Below, in pieces: positions 25,497 to 39,360 of a DNA stretch of 64,000 bases; position 1 is the stretch's first letter, and each line of letters begins with the position of its first letter. The notes beneath the pieces are model-generated. The model did no database searches. It was not told where the DNA came from and saw nothing but the letters and a program-made list of their open reading frames with translations. The DNA is taken from contig OX597829.1 of NCBI GenBank assembly GCA_951406725.2, positions 41,602,001-41,666,000 on the forward strand, in the 5' to 3' direction. The DNA is from Octopus vulgaris. Taxonomy: Eukaryota. A program made the translations under genes and the position numbers.

Positions 25497-26520
25497 TCAC
25501 ACACACAAACATAAACACACACGCGCAAGCATTTATATATTTATATGTATTACAAACACACAATCATACACACATTTGTTGCGTGTATGTGTGTGTGTAT
25601 GTGTGTGTGTGTGTGTTGTGTGTGTGTGCGTGTGTGTGTGTGTGTCTGTGTGTGTGTTGTGAGCTTGTGTATGTGTGTATGTGTGTGTCTGTGCATGTGT
25701 CTATGTGTGTGTCTATGTGTGTGTCTATGTGTGTCTATGTGTGTTGTGTGTGTATGTGTTTGTGCGTATGAGTGTATGAGTGTGTATGAGTGCCTATGAG
25801 CATGTGTATGTGCATGTGTATCAGTGTGTGTATGTGTGTATGTATTGTGCATATGTGTGCATGTGTGTATGTGTGCGTGTTGTGCGTATGTATGTGTGTG
25901 TGTGTTGTGTGTATGTGTCTGTGTGTGTGTTGTGTGCTTGTGTACGTGTGTCTGTGCATGTGTCTATGTGCGTGTCTATGAGTGGCAATCTGTGTCTATG
26001 TGTGTTGCATGTGTATGTGTTTGTGTGTATGAGTGTATGTGTGTGTGTGTGTGTTGTGTGTGCCTGTGCATGTGTCTCTGTGTGTTTGTCTATGTGTGTG
26101 TCTATGTGTGTCTATATGTGTCTATGTGTGTTGTGTGTGTGTGTGTGTATGCGTGTATGTGTGTGTTGAGTGTGCTAGTGCATGTTGTGCCTGTGCATGT
26201 GTCTGTGTGTGTGTCTATGTGTGTGTCTGTGTGTCTATGTTTATCCGTGTGTGTGTGGTGTATGTGTGTATGTGTGTGTGTCTATGTGTATCTGTGTGTG
26301 TATGTGTGTGTGTGTATGTGTGTGTGTATGTGTGTGTGTGCAGGTGTTTGCTTGTGCATGGTGTGCCTGCGCATGTATCTGTGTGTGTGTGTCTATGTTT
26401 ATCCATGTGTGTGGAGTATGTTGTGTGTGTGTGTGTATCTATGTGTATCAGTGTGTGTATGTGTGTGTGTGTGTGTGTGCACACAGTGCGCGTGTGCATG
26501 TGTGTGCGTCTGTGTGTGTG
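25410..26520. repeat. (CA)n followed by degenerate (GT)n microsatellite
   Basis: Directly visible. Confidence 0.95.
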
Positions 26521-28089
26521 CAATTATAGATTTAAATGTATTCAGACACACAATACAATAAGAATTTCTATACATTAAACAAAGTATCCAGTTTAGTAGC
26601 ATAGACTGTGTTGTTTTGCAGTATATCTAAATGTATAACTATTCAAATATATATGAATAGTTCTATTGTCATGGAAATGTTTACAACTTGTGCACACAAA
26701 CAAGCATTTTGAAGGAAATGATTATTTTTCGAATAGTTGAAATATTGGTCGCATCAGGAGATAAAATCATGTAAGTGTTTTGTGTGTGTGTGTGTGTGTG
26801 TGCATGAACATATCATCATCATCATCCTCGTTTAACGTCCGCTTTCCATGCTAGCATGGGTTGGACAATTTTGACTGACGGCTGGGTAGCCAGATGGCTG
26901 CACCAGGCTCCAATCTTGATCTGGCAGAGTTTCTACAGCTGGATGCCCCTCCTAATGCCAACCACTCTGAGAGTGTAGTGGGTGCTTTTTACGCGCCACC
27001 GGCATGGGGGCCGGTCAGGCGGCACTGGCAACGACCTTGCTTGAATCTTTTTACACGTGCCAGTGAAGCAATGTTGGTAACGATCACTTTCGAAAGGTGC
27101 CCTTTTACGTGCCACGGGTACGGAAGCCAGTTGGCTGCTCTGGCAATGATCAGGCTCGGATGGGGCTCTTGGCACCCTACTAGCACAGTCATAAGTGCCA
27201 GTAAGGCGACGCTGGTAACGATCATACTCGAATAGCCTCTCTGTCAATGATCACACTCGTATGGTACTCTTTGCACCCTGCTAGCATGGATGCCAGTCAT
27301 CGAATTGATTTTGATTTTGATTTTGATTTCACTTGCCTCAACAGGTCTTTGCAAGCAGAGTTTAGTAACCAAAGAAGGAAAGGTACGCATAAGCGGGCTG
27401 GTTACGCTCCTGGCATAGGCCACAGGTTATGGTCTCATCTAGCTTGCCAGGTCTCAAGCACAGCATATTTCCAAAAGTCTCGGTCACTAGTCATTTCCTT
27501 GGTGAGGCCTAATGTTCGAAGGTCATGCTTCACCACTTCATCCCAGGTCTTCCTGCATATGACTGTGTCTATATATATCATCATCATCATCATCATTGTT
27601 ATCATCACCATTGGTTTGGTGTCCACTTTTCTGTGCTCACACTGGTCAGATATGATTTGTTGAGGCAGGTTTTCTACAGCTGGATACTCTTCATGTCAAC
27701 AATACTCAGCTGTTTCTAGACAAGGTAATACTAATATTTTCCCCTTGACAGACATGTTTCCATGGAAGATTGGAAATGGAGGATACTGCTTGCATGATGG
27801 TGACACTTGTTTACATGTATCACATGAAGTCAAGGCAAGGAGGCAGTAACATACATTGTGCACACACACACACACACACACACACACAACATATAAGTAT
27901 GTATGTATGTATGTATCTATCTGTCTGTTTCTCTCTCTATATATAAATGTATATATATACATTTATATATATGTATGTAAATATATGAACACACACACAC
28001 ATGTATATATATATATATATAAATGTCGAATGATGAAATGATTGTTCAGCTCTGCATTGGTGGATATAATTTCTTTATTTGTGAATTTA

Positions 28090-28156
28090 GGCTACCATTG
28101 GTTTCATGTTAAGAAAAGTAGGAAAATACCTTAGTGTCTTAATAATTTTTCAAGCC
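28090..28156 (-). ncRNA. Candidate hammerhead ribozyme, U3:A8 core variant
   Basis: Minus strand: ggc-TTGAAAA-attattaaga..tcttaacat-GAAAC-caatg-GTA-gcc. Stem I is only 3 bp and the context is AT-rich. Confidence 0.45.
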
Positions 28157-28212
28157 AATCACACTGAGAAAGGTGTTTGCTTCCAGTTTGGAAAACAGTC
28201 TATATATATATG

Positions 28213-28244
<32 letters not shown>

Positions 28245-29690
28245 GTTGTAGTAACAAAAAGAGGAATTTCGATTATCCCCACTTTTGGACTTCAAATCAA
28301 CACTAAATGATATAAATAGTAACATTCAATTCACAATGGAATATAACAAAGAACAACTCCAATTTTTAGACATCATGATAAAAAATGTTAACAACGAAAT
28401 CATAACTGACATTTATTATAAACCAACTGATTCAAAACAATATCTTCTCTTTAACTCATGCCACCCAAAACACATCAAAATAAACATTCTTTTCAATTTA
28501 GCAAAAAGGATTTGCACAATAGTGTCTGATAGAACTACTCAGGACCTTCGTCTTCAAGACCTCAAAACAACACTGAGTGAAAGACAATATCCACCCTTAC
28601 TTATCGACGAGGGGATTAAACATGCCAAACAATTGGACACAAAAACACTAAGAGCAACAAAATATAACACCACACCTCAACTCAAAACATTACTATTTAT
28701 ATCAACACACAACCCCAGAAACAGTGAGGCATTCAACACTATTGTGCAAACTCTTCCTTTACTAACTAGAGATCCAAAAATGAATGACATCCTAAAAACA
28801 CACAAACTCATCAAATGCAAAAAACAAGACAAATCGCTAAAGAGACTACTAACAAATGCAAAGCTTTACAAAACAACCACAAAACCAACGGTTGAAAAAT
28901 GTGGACACCCAAACTGTGGAGCCTGCCCCAACCTGCTTGAAGGCTCAGATTTCCTTTTCAAACAAGGACAGAGGTCCACAATTAAAACTAGTTTCATTTG
29001 TGCCTCCGAGAACTTAATTTATGTAATAACCTGCTTGGGTTGCGGACACAACTATATTAGACAAACGAGTATGACCTTGAGAAAGAGAACCACTCTACAT
29101 AAAGAGCAAATCTGTTTCCCGCAATACAGACAAATTCCTCTCAGTGAACATATAGAAAAATGTGCAGATAACATCAAACCAAATTTCACAGTCTTCCCTT
29201 TTTACCAGAGCAAAGACACAATCTCTCAACTAGAACGTTTAAATAAAGAAACTTTTTTCATTGAAAAATACAAAACACATCTTAATATGCACGCATAACC
29301 AACTTTTATCTTTTTACATATTTCAATTCACGATTACATCACTGTACATAAATCCCCTCACTAAACAAGGTTTTTGAAACTTGTCTCTGTCTGTACACAT
29401 ATATATTCCCCTCCCATTACTGAAAGCTGAACAGTTATCTCCCTTACCCACAACAATAACAATAATAACGACAACCAATTACCTCCTTTTATTTATCTAC
29501 TTGTGAAGTCATTCACTTGTGAATTTCATCACACACAACATGGACAAAATTTCTTAAGAAAAAATATATATTCAAATAAGTAAAACATAATATCATGAAT
29601 AGCAATAGCGAAACTGGTCGATATATTAAAAATTATATTAAAACTATGTAAGTGTGTGTATTTTCCTTTTTTAATTTCTTATATACATTA
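28245..29690 (+). mobile_element. 5'-truncated Penelope-like element (RT C-terminus plus GIY-YIG endonuclease, Cys-rich linker) with 3' pLTR
   Basis: ORF 28285-29298: IQFTME, LQFLDI, YYKPTD, SCHPKH, CGHPNCGACP, NLIYVITCLGCGHNYIRQT, E..FI....LN. Hammerhead motif downstream. Confidence 0.9.
29590..29624 (+). ncRNA. Minimal Type I hammerhead ribozyme, A3:U8 core variant
   Basis: atatc-ATGAATA-gc aata gc-GAAAC-tg-GTC-gatat. 5-bp stem I, 2-bp stem II, near-palindromic stem III, GUC triplet. Lies in the pLTR position of the Penelope element. Confidence 0.75.
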
Positions 29691-29692
29691 CA

Positions 29693-30925
29693 ACAGAAAT
29701 GGCCCTGCTTGATATGTAGAAAAGGTGTTGGGAGAAATTCCATAAGGTGTACCCAGTGCAAGTTATGGACACATAAGAGGTGTAGCAGTTTCAGTGGAAG
29801 ACTAACAGAGAAAGCAATCTTTACATATGGCAGATGTGCAGGTACATTAAACACCAAGAATGTGCAAAAATTAGACTCCCTCAAATGTCAGGGACATAGT
29901 AGACAGTTTCTGTTACCAAAGAGACCAAGTTAGTAGTGAGGAAGGTTGGTTCAAAAGCATAGATGCTAAAATAAAAATGGGCTGGGCAAAATTCAGAGAG
30001 TTACTACCTCTGTTGTAGTAAAGATTGTTTGCCAGCATAGCATGGCAGTCCTGGTTTAGAGCAAATGTTGCTGTAATTTAGCCCCAGGAGACATTGTCTC
30101 CAGCTGTCTACACGACACGATCTGTGTCCTTATATTTTTGAACAAAGGAATCTAGCATCCCCGCTCAGCTCAAAACAATATCTGTGTATCATGATTTCTG
30201 GGTTATTTCTCTTTATCGGCACATAATAATTCTTCGGCTAGAGGTGGCACTACCAAATTCCCGTTCGAAATATATAGTTTTCGAAGTGACAACTAGTTAC
30301 TGATTTATAAATTAGAAAATTACTATTTTTAAATCTCACAACGTGAGATATTCAGCAACAGTACTTTGGAGTAAAGATTGTTTGCCAACATAACATGGTA
30401 GTCCTGGTTTAGGACAAAGTACTACAAAGTACTACAAAGTACTATTGCTGAATATCTCACGTTGTGAGATTTAAAAATAGTAAGTTACTACCTCTGTTAG
30501 AAAGAAAGGGTCTCAGAGTGAAAGACAGATTGCATGATGCCTGTATATGAACAGCAATGCTACATGGCAGTGAGACATGGGCTGTGACTACTGAGGATAT
30601 GTGAAGACTTGGAAGGAATGAAGCCAGTATGCTTTGCTGAATGGGTAATGTCAATATGCATATATGACAGTGTGTAAGTGATTTCAAAGAAAAACTGGAT
30701 TATATGAGACATCAGATGTTGCATGCAAGAGAGAAGACTGCACTGGTGTGGCCATATGATGTGTATGAATGAAGATAGTTGCATCAAGAGGTGCCGGTCT
30801 CTAATTATAGAGGGAACATGTGGAAGGGGTAGATCCTGAAATACATGGGATGAAGTGGTGAAAAAGGATCTTCAGACGTTAAGAATCCCAGAGGTAAAGA
30901 GAGGTGAGCAAGACCCCTGGCAGTT
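29693..30925 (+). pseudogene. Degenerate RTE LINE 3' fragment interrupted by the insertion 30015-30482
   Basis: KWPCLICRKGVGRNSIRCTQCKLWTHKRCS, WAKFRELLPLL and MLHGSETWAVT match ORF 52876-55116. Contains stops and frameshifts. Confidence 0.85.
30015..30482 (-). mobile_element. Non-autonomous Penelope-like insertion with 16-bp TSD, direct and inverted terminal repeats and a decayed hammerhead (30183-30223)
   Basis: TSD agttactacctctgtt at 29999-30014 and 30483-30498. Direct repeat at ~30017-30059 / 30370-30412. Inverted repeat at ~30320-30373 / 30430-30483. Minus-strand motif tgtg-CCGATAA..GAAA-tcatga-TA-caca. Confidence 0.7.
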
Positions 30926-31230
30926 TGTTGTGCTTGAGAAGATATAAGTAGAAGTGTGATTGATCAGAGTAAAATAGGAATGCGTCTGGTAGAACCATGA
31001 TGATCAAATGAAAAATAGCTATAGGTAATATCCAACGACAGCTTCTATGGGTCATCATAGTACAAGCTGCCATTGGATATGACTTATAACTGTATATTTC
31101 ATTTGATCATGGAATCTACCTAACACATTTCTATTTTACACGAAACCTTATCTCATTTTTGACCAACTGGGATATACTAATATCCTCAATTGTGGATTTC
31201 CCCTCACTTTTACATGTCTCGGACTTCTCC

Positions 31231-31318
31231 CTCTCCGATGAGGGAATACTCAGCCTATGGCACCCTTAGTTAAAATGATGATCCACCAGATTGGCTATTC
31301 TAGAAACAACTGCAAGAG
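31231..31318 (+). ncRNA. Decayed Type I hammerhead motif with long stem II
   Basis: ctct-CCGATGA-gggaata..tattcta-GAAAC-aact-GCA-agag. U4C and GUA>GCA changes suggest it is inactive. Confidence 0.55.
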
Positions 31319-31344
31319 ACTTTGTATATCTTTATTCTCTAAGT

Positions 31345-31461
31345 TAAATGATAATGATGATGATAATGATTGCAATGATGATGATAATGATAATGATGAT
31401 GATGATGATGACGACGACGACGATGATGAAGATGATGATGATGATGATGATGATGATAATA

Positions 31462-31492
<31 letters not shown>

Positions 31493-31560
31493 GGATGGTG
31501 ATGATGATGACGACGACGACGATGATGAAGATGATGATGATAATGATGATGATGATGATA

Positions 31561-31591
<31 letters not shown>

Positions 31592-31890
31592 CGATGAGGA
31601 TGGTGATGATGATGATGACGATGAGGATGATGATGATGATGACGACGATGACGATGACACTGACGATGATGATGGTGAAGAGGAGGAGGAGGAGGAGAGG
31701 AGGAGGAGAGGTGGATGATGATGATGATGATAATGATTAGGATAATGATGAGGGCATTGATAATGATGGTAGTAATGATGATGATGATGTTAATGATGAT
31801 GACAACAACAATGACAATGATGATGATAATGATGAAGAAGAAGAAGAAGAGGAGGGGTAGATGATGATGATGATGATAATGATGATGTAA
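31345..31890. repeat. (GAT)n microsatellite
   Basis: Directly visible. Source of the poly-D/M/S ORFs. Confidence 0.95.
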
Positions 31891-32227
31891 AAATTATTAT
31901 TAACAAAAAAAAAAGGCTGAAACTTGGTAAACAAACTTATCCAAATGTTTCAAACTTGATTAAATTTGCAAACTTTATCATCTCAGAAGATCTGGTACCT
32001 ACTCTTGTCAGTAAGTCATGAAGAATGCAGCGTTCTGTCCAAAGACGCCGGCAAACATCAAAGAACTCCTGCTAATCCCGTGCTGGGAATGCAATAACTA
32101 TCTTATCTTTTCTTTCGGCCAATTTGCTTTTAGACAGATTGTCTGACACAGACGCAAAGATAACTGTGAAGAAATTACAGAAGGAGAGAGAGAAGGACAT
32201 GGTCCCCATAGGAAGCATATACTTGTG

Positions 32228-32808
32228 TGCACACACACACACACACATATGTGTGTGTGTGTATTATAAATATATATATGTGTGTGTGTATTATAAATAT
32301 GTGTGTATGTATTAGAAATATATATATGTGTGTGTGTATTATAAATATAAATATGAAAAATATATTTATAATACATACACACACACATACATATATATAT
32401 ACATACACACACATATATATACATATATGTACACACACACACATATACATATATATATATATACACATATATATATATACATATATATATACATACACAT
32501 ACACATATATACATATATATATATACACACATACACACATATATATATATATACATATATATATATACATACATATGCACATATATATACACACACACAT
32601 ACATACATATTTGTGCAGGCATACTTACATGTACACCTGAGTAAAATATATTTATAATACATACACACACACACACACACATATATATACATATATGTAC
32701 ATACACACACATATGCATATATATATATATATACACATACACACATATATATATACATATATATATATACACACACACATATATACATATATATATATAT
32801 ATACTCAT

Positions 32809-32839
<31 letters not shown>

Positions 32840-33106
32840 CATACATACATATGCACATATATATATACACACACACACATACATACATGCATACATACAT
32901 ATTTGTGCAGGCATACTTACATGTACACCTGAGTGCGAATTTGTGTGTGTGTGTGTGTGTGTACAACATACATGTGTGTGTACAACATATATGTGTGTGT
33001 ATGAGTGCGCGTGTGTGTGTGTTATATTTCTCTAAATACATGCATACATACATATATTTACATATATCTAAGTATTCACAAATGCATGTGCACATGTGCA
33101 TGCACA

Positions 33107-33161
<55 letters not shown>

Positions 33162-33898
33162 AATGAAGGATAGAGACTAAGAGATGAATAAAGGAAGAGG
33201 TATACAATTAAAAGAGTAAAAGATAATTAAAAAAAACATGTTTGTATGCCTGTGTGTGTACATGTGCATATGTGTGTGTATGCATGTGTGTATGCATGTG
33301 TGTGTATGCATGTGTGTGTATGCATGTGTGTGTATGCATGTGTGTGTATGCATGTGTGTGTATGCATGTGTGTGTATGTTTGTCTTTGTGTGTGCATAAA
33401 TATATACACGTATATTGGAAATTCACTGTGTGTGTATGTGTGTGTGTGTCTGTACGTGCATGTTCTATGTTTGTGTGGGTATGTGCATATGTGTGTGTAT
33501 GTGCATATGTGTATGCTTGTGCATATGTGTGTGTATGCATGTGTGGGTATGTTTGTCTTTGTGTGTGCATAAATATGTACATGTATATTGGAAATTCAGT
33601 GTGTGTGTGTGTGTGTGTGTACGTGCATGTTCTACGCTTGTGTGTGTATTTCTGTCGATGGTGGCGGCGGTAGGGGAGGGGTGCAGGGCAAGATTGTGTG
33701 CGTTTGTGCTTATAAGCGAGTATGCACGTCTGTGCACGCGCGTGCGTGCGTGCGTGTACCTGCGTGCATGCGCGTGTGAAATGTTGTTTTCATCAATTCA
33801 TATTCACTTTTCGAGAGATGGATGAGTCGTCTTATAAACTGAATCAGCTTTTAGTTCCCACCACCACCACCACCACTACCACATACACCACCACCACA

Positions 33899-33929
<31 letters not shown>

Positions 33930-34297
33930 CCACACCACCACCACCAACAACAACAACAACACCACCACCATCACCACCACCACTACCACCACCACCACCA
34001 CCACCACCGCCACACCACCACCACCGCCACACCACCACCATCACCACCACCAACATTACCACCACCACCACCACCACCATCACCACCACCACCACCAAAC
34101 CACCACCACCACCACCAACCACCACCACCACCACCACCACCACCACCATCACCACCACCACCACCACCACCACCACCACCACCACCGCCACACCACCACC
34201 ATCACCACCACTACCACTACCACCATCACTACCACCACCACCACCACCACCACCACTACAACCACCACATTCAAAATAATATTGTTCCCCCATTCTT

Positions 34298-34349
<52 letters not shown>

Positions 34350-35690
34350 CCTCCAACCCCAGCTCGAAATATTTTAAACTTGTTTTTCTCTTACTTTTGT
34401 TTTTGTCATTTCTTAATGTTTGTTTGTTTGTCTGTTTATTTGTATGTTTGTTTGTTTGTTTGTTTGTATGTTTGTCTGTTTGTATGTTTGTATGTTTGTA
34501 TGTTTGTATGTTTGTATGTTTGTTATGGGCTTGTTTCATCTCACTTCAAACAGCCGTTTTTCCTTCTTTTCCTCCTCCGTCCGTCCGTCCGTCTGTCCAA
34601 ATTAACTGCACCGTTCTAGTGAATCACCCAAGGAACAGAGTGCAAATCCATAAAAGATTTTGGTGTGTATTGTAGATTTAGAATTATGCCCTTTCTCTAT
34701 CTTCCTCTCTTTCTCTTTTCTCGGATCCATTTGATGACTGCTGGGTCATGCGTGTCTGTATGTGTACGTGTGCATGCGTATATGGGTGCATTGTGTGTAT
34801 GCGTGTACTGTGTGTATGCGTGTGTGAAAGAGAGGAGCATGTCTAATGAGTGCATGCATGTGTGCGTGTGGATATCTATCTGTGTGTGTGTGTGCGTGTG
34901 TGTGTATATGTATGTATGTATTTATGCATGTATGTATGTATGTATGTATGTATGTATGCATGTATGTATGTATGTTTAAATGTATGTACGTACGTATGTA
35001 TGTATGTATGCATGTATGTATGTATGTATGTATGTATGTATGTATTTATGTACGTACATATGTATGTGTGCATGTATGTATGTATGTATGTAGGTATGTA
35101 TGTATTTATGTATGTATGTATGTATGTATTTATGTATGTATGTATGTATGTATGAATGTATGAATGAATGTATGCATGTATGTATGTATCTATGTATGTA
35201 TGTATGTAGGTATGTATGTATGTATCTATGTATGTATGTATGTATGTATGTATGTATGTATGTATGTATGTATGTATGTATGTATGTATGTATGTATGTA
35301 TGCATGCATGTATGTATGTATGTATGAATGTATGTATGTATGTATGTATGAATGAATGTATGTATGTATGTATGTATGCATGTATGAATGTATGTATGTA
35401 TCTATGTATGTATGCATATAGGTATGTATGTATGTATGTATGTATGTATGTATGTATGTATGTATGTATGCATGCATGCATGCATGCATGCATGCATGTA
35501 TGTATGTATGTATGTATGAATGAATGTATGTATGTATGTATGCATGTATGAATGTATGTATGTATGTATCTATGTATGTATGCATGTATGTATTAGCGCT
35601 ATATTTACACATATGTGTATATATAATTATATTTGTATAATTGAATATGTGTGTGTATGTTATTATGTGTGTGTGTGTGTGTGTGTGTAC
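32228..35690. repeat. Microsatellite field: (TA/CA/TG)n, (CAC)n, (CT)n, (TTTG)n, (TATG)n
   Basis: Directly visible. Lies within the GT22 gene intron. Confidence 0.95.
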
Positions 35691-36459
35691 AGTAATTTTG
35701 ATTTCTTTGTAGTTGATGTTGTTTCTATTTAGTCTAAATCTGATTATGATGAATATAGAATGATTCATCTATGGGAGCAAATACATTGATCCTCATTATT
35801 ATTATTATTACTATTATTATTATTAATACCATCATCATCATCATCATCATCATCATTACTTTTGTTACACTACTGGCACACTTGTGTTTGTTCTGCTTAC
35901 TTATTCCGTCACGAACTTGGGCATGACTAAACGGTAATATCCTTCCCTTTCTAAATCAGGAGCTCCCCGGTTCAGTCCCACATCATGGCATTCGAGTCAA
36001 GCGTTTTTATATTGTAGTCTCAGATCAAGGGAAAAAAAATCTGTGGTGATTGCACCTGCAGTTCAAAGATCCAGCCATGCCGCACACTACATCAAGCTCA
36101 TTCTGCTTGAGAATTGCGTTAACAGTACGTGTGTCACTTATCTTTTAGCTTTTACTTGTTTCAAGCATTGGACTGTGGCCAAGCTGGGGCACTGCATTGA
36201 AGGGTTTAATTGAACGAACCACCTTCCCTAGAATTTGCTTGTTTATTTTACTTATGCCTGGGAATTAATATGTCAGTCACTTTTGCTGAACTGCTAGGTT
36301 ATGGGAGCATAAACAAACCAACGCCAATTGTCAAGGAGTAGGGAGGGACAAACACAAACACATAGACACACACACATATATGAATATATGCGCGGGTGCA
36401 TGTGTGTGTGCATGTATGTGTGCATGTGCGTGTATACATACATACATACATACATACAT

Positions 36460-36494
<35 letters not shown>

Positions 36495-36682
36495 GTAATT
36501 AGAAAAAAAATCACCTTTTATCAATTCAAAATGAACAATTAAATTACATATAATAGAAATAGTAAAGGTGTTTTTTTCTAATTTTTATAGATATATATAT
36601 TATGTTTTGTGAATTTTGATTTAGTATTTCTAAAATGAATTTTTCCCTGTAAGTTAGGAATAATATTCCCTCAAATAATAAT

Positions 36683-36783
<101 letters not shown>

Positions 36784-36784
36784 A

Positions 36785-37500
36785 TGCATATCCTAAAAAT
36801 CACTGATGGGTTTCAATTCTGAATAACTTCCATAACTTTACAAATAAATGCATGAAATTTTGATACAATATAAAGGACATAATGGAAATTAATAGGCACA
36901 AGTCAAAGTTTGCAACACCACTACATAACATATGAAAAATGACATCGCTTAAATGGCAGCCATTTTCGGTTTCACACGCCCATGTTCTTTCCAAAACACC
37001 CTTAAGAGTTTTAGAACCCACTTCTCTGATTTCTCTATTGGTGTTCTCCTCTAGTTGTACCAGGGTCTCTGGTTTCTTGACATAAACCCTCTCTTTCAAG
37101 TATCCCCACAAGAAAATATCCAAGTTAGTCAAGTCTGGGGAATGTGAAGGCCACTTGACATTGCCATAGTGGGAGATTATTCTCTCCCCAAAGCACTGCC
37201 ATAGCAACTGCATTGTTTCTCTTGTGGTATGAGCAGTTGCTGGAACCATATGTGAGGTCTACTTTGAATGGCCGGGTGCAAAAAGGTCTCAATCATAGTT
37301 CTGTACCATTTCTCCAGTCACTGTGACAGCATTTCCGTCATTATCCGTAAAGAAATAAGGACCAATAATTTCATCTGCTGTCAATCCACACCATACTGTG
37401 CACCTTACAGGGTGCAGTTCTCGTTGGTGTACTGTTCTTAGTTTCTCAGAGCCCCAAAAACTGCAATTTCATTTGTTAATGAACCCATTCAAATGAAATA
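36785..37500 (-). pseudogene. Tc1/mariner-superfamily transposase remnant, probably DD41D (rosa/Visitor) type
   Basis: TVWCGLTADEIIGPYFF, WFQQ/ATAHT, WPSHSPDLTNLDIFLWGYLK. Restoring the deleted DG gives 41 residues between the second and third Asp. Confidence 0.7.
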
Positions 37501-39360
37501 ACTTACAAAGAAAATTAATGGACGCAAGCATAACTGTTTGAACAGATTGCTTTGCTACACGTCTGTGGTTTCAGATTCTATTTTCCAGTGTAGAATTTTG
37601 CACATTCTACTATAGCCTTAGCATGACCAAAGCCATATAAGAGAAATTTAGTTGACAAAACCTGTATGGAATCCCATCGGAAGGATTGTTCCTGTTCTTG
37701 GCTGGCAGACATTCTTCATTGCCTGGTTTAACATCGCTACTTGATTCATAATGGAGCAAAAATTGAAACCAAGTCTCCAGTTTGAAGACAACCTACAATT
37801 TTCTTTTTTCTTTTATCTGAAATAGAATCTCTATATATATAAATGGCAAAATGTCTGTCTGTGTGTGTGTGTATCTTTAATGCAAATCCACAATTTTTCA
37901 GTTAGAGGGCTTGCACTTTCTATGGTCATTCAAAACCATCCAAGGGTGGTCATGCACATCTTTACATTTCCCCAGTCACCCCGCAAAGCCATTAAAAAAA
38001 CCAATAGAAGTGACATTTTTGTAAATTTTCTATCCAAAATCCAATCAAAATGCCCGAAACTTGATACGCCAATTGAATGCCAGTTAGCTGTATGTGATTG
38101 GTCGGAGATTTAGACAGTACTCGTGTGTATGTGCACACGCACGCAGCTGTATATGCATGCACTAGCACTATGACCTGGTGTTAGTTCCTGATAATGGTTT
38201 ATGGATGCTAGTTCCTGATAATGGTTTATGGATGCTGTCTGCTCTTCTGTGACTGAGGCATGTAAAAAAAGGACAAAATGGAAAAAATGGTCGTATGAAC
38301 TATATGTAAATTGATGCATATACTCTACACATCCCCAACACCATACAAACAAATAGGTACATAGGATATAACATGGTCAAAAATACCCCAAATAATTCAG
38401 TTAACCCTATATCCCTATTCAATATAACTTCAATAATAAAATCTTTTGAATAAAATCTAGCCAAAAAAGGAAACCCACATAGAGCTTTATTTGAAATATT
38501 AAGAACAATTCTAGTAAAAGTAAATTATACAAACCCGCTTAATATCTTGAATATTTCAAACCCAGCTGTCTTCTTCTTCTTCCAATCAGGACTCACGCCA
38601 TTAGCCACAAAGAATAACCTCTAATTCAAGCCTACTCTAAGCTACTAAGAATGCATGTGGCAGGCAACTTGAAGATCCACCCACCACACGCGATAGACTG
38701 GTGGTTTCATAGGCACGAAAGCTACATTGCTATCCTCATTCCGTAAACGGTGGCTTTTAACGGGTGGAGAGCTGAACCATCCTGGGGTAATAGGATTCGC
38801 AATCTAGACTAGGGTCTGAAAGTTTTACCACACCATAGTGGGTTACACCATGGTTCCTCTGCTTTGTGGCAGAAGTAGGAAGAACGAGTTAGAGAAAGTT
38901 GTGGTGAGAGAGTACAGCAGGGTTCACACCCCCACCCCGCCGGAGCCTTGTGAAGCTTAGGTCTTTTTGCTCAATAATCATTCACAATGCCCGGCCTGGG
39001 AATCGAAACCGTGTTCTTACGACTGCGAGTCTGCTGCCCTAACCACTGGGCCTTTGCGCCTCCACCCAGCTGTTGTAACAGCTATTTTGTGTTGTTACAA
39101 CAAAGAAATTACTTGTTTGTTAATTACAAACCTTCAAATTTGATTTTGGTTCATTTAACTAATATTTAACAAATTAAAATTCTTTGTCACTGCAACTTAA
39201 CATTTGAGTAATTATATTTTTAATTCTGGCATTGAAGATCTCTAAATGTTTGCATATAAAAAAAAATGTAAATTCTATTTTAAAAAAAGTTTTTTTTTAT
39301 ATTAATAAATGTATATGACAAAAAACCGTTTTACTTATACATAAATGTTTCTCTTTGTAG

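Noticed and set aside
25333-35768. Numerous Cys/Val/Met/Tyr/His-rich ORFs
   Set aside because: Translations of (CA/TG), (TA) and (TATG) arrays inside an intron.
38680-38750. Minus-strand ATGAGGA...GAAAC..GTC hammerhead-like string
   Set aside because: No convincing stem I pairing and the core 3:8 pair is mismatched.
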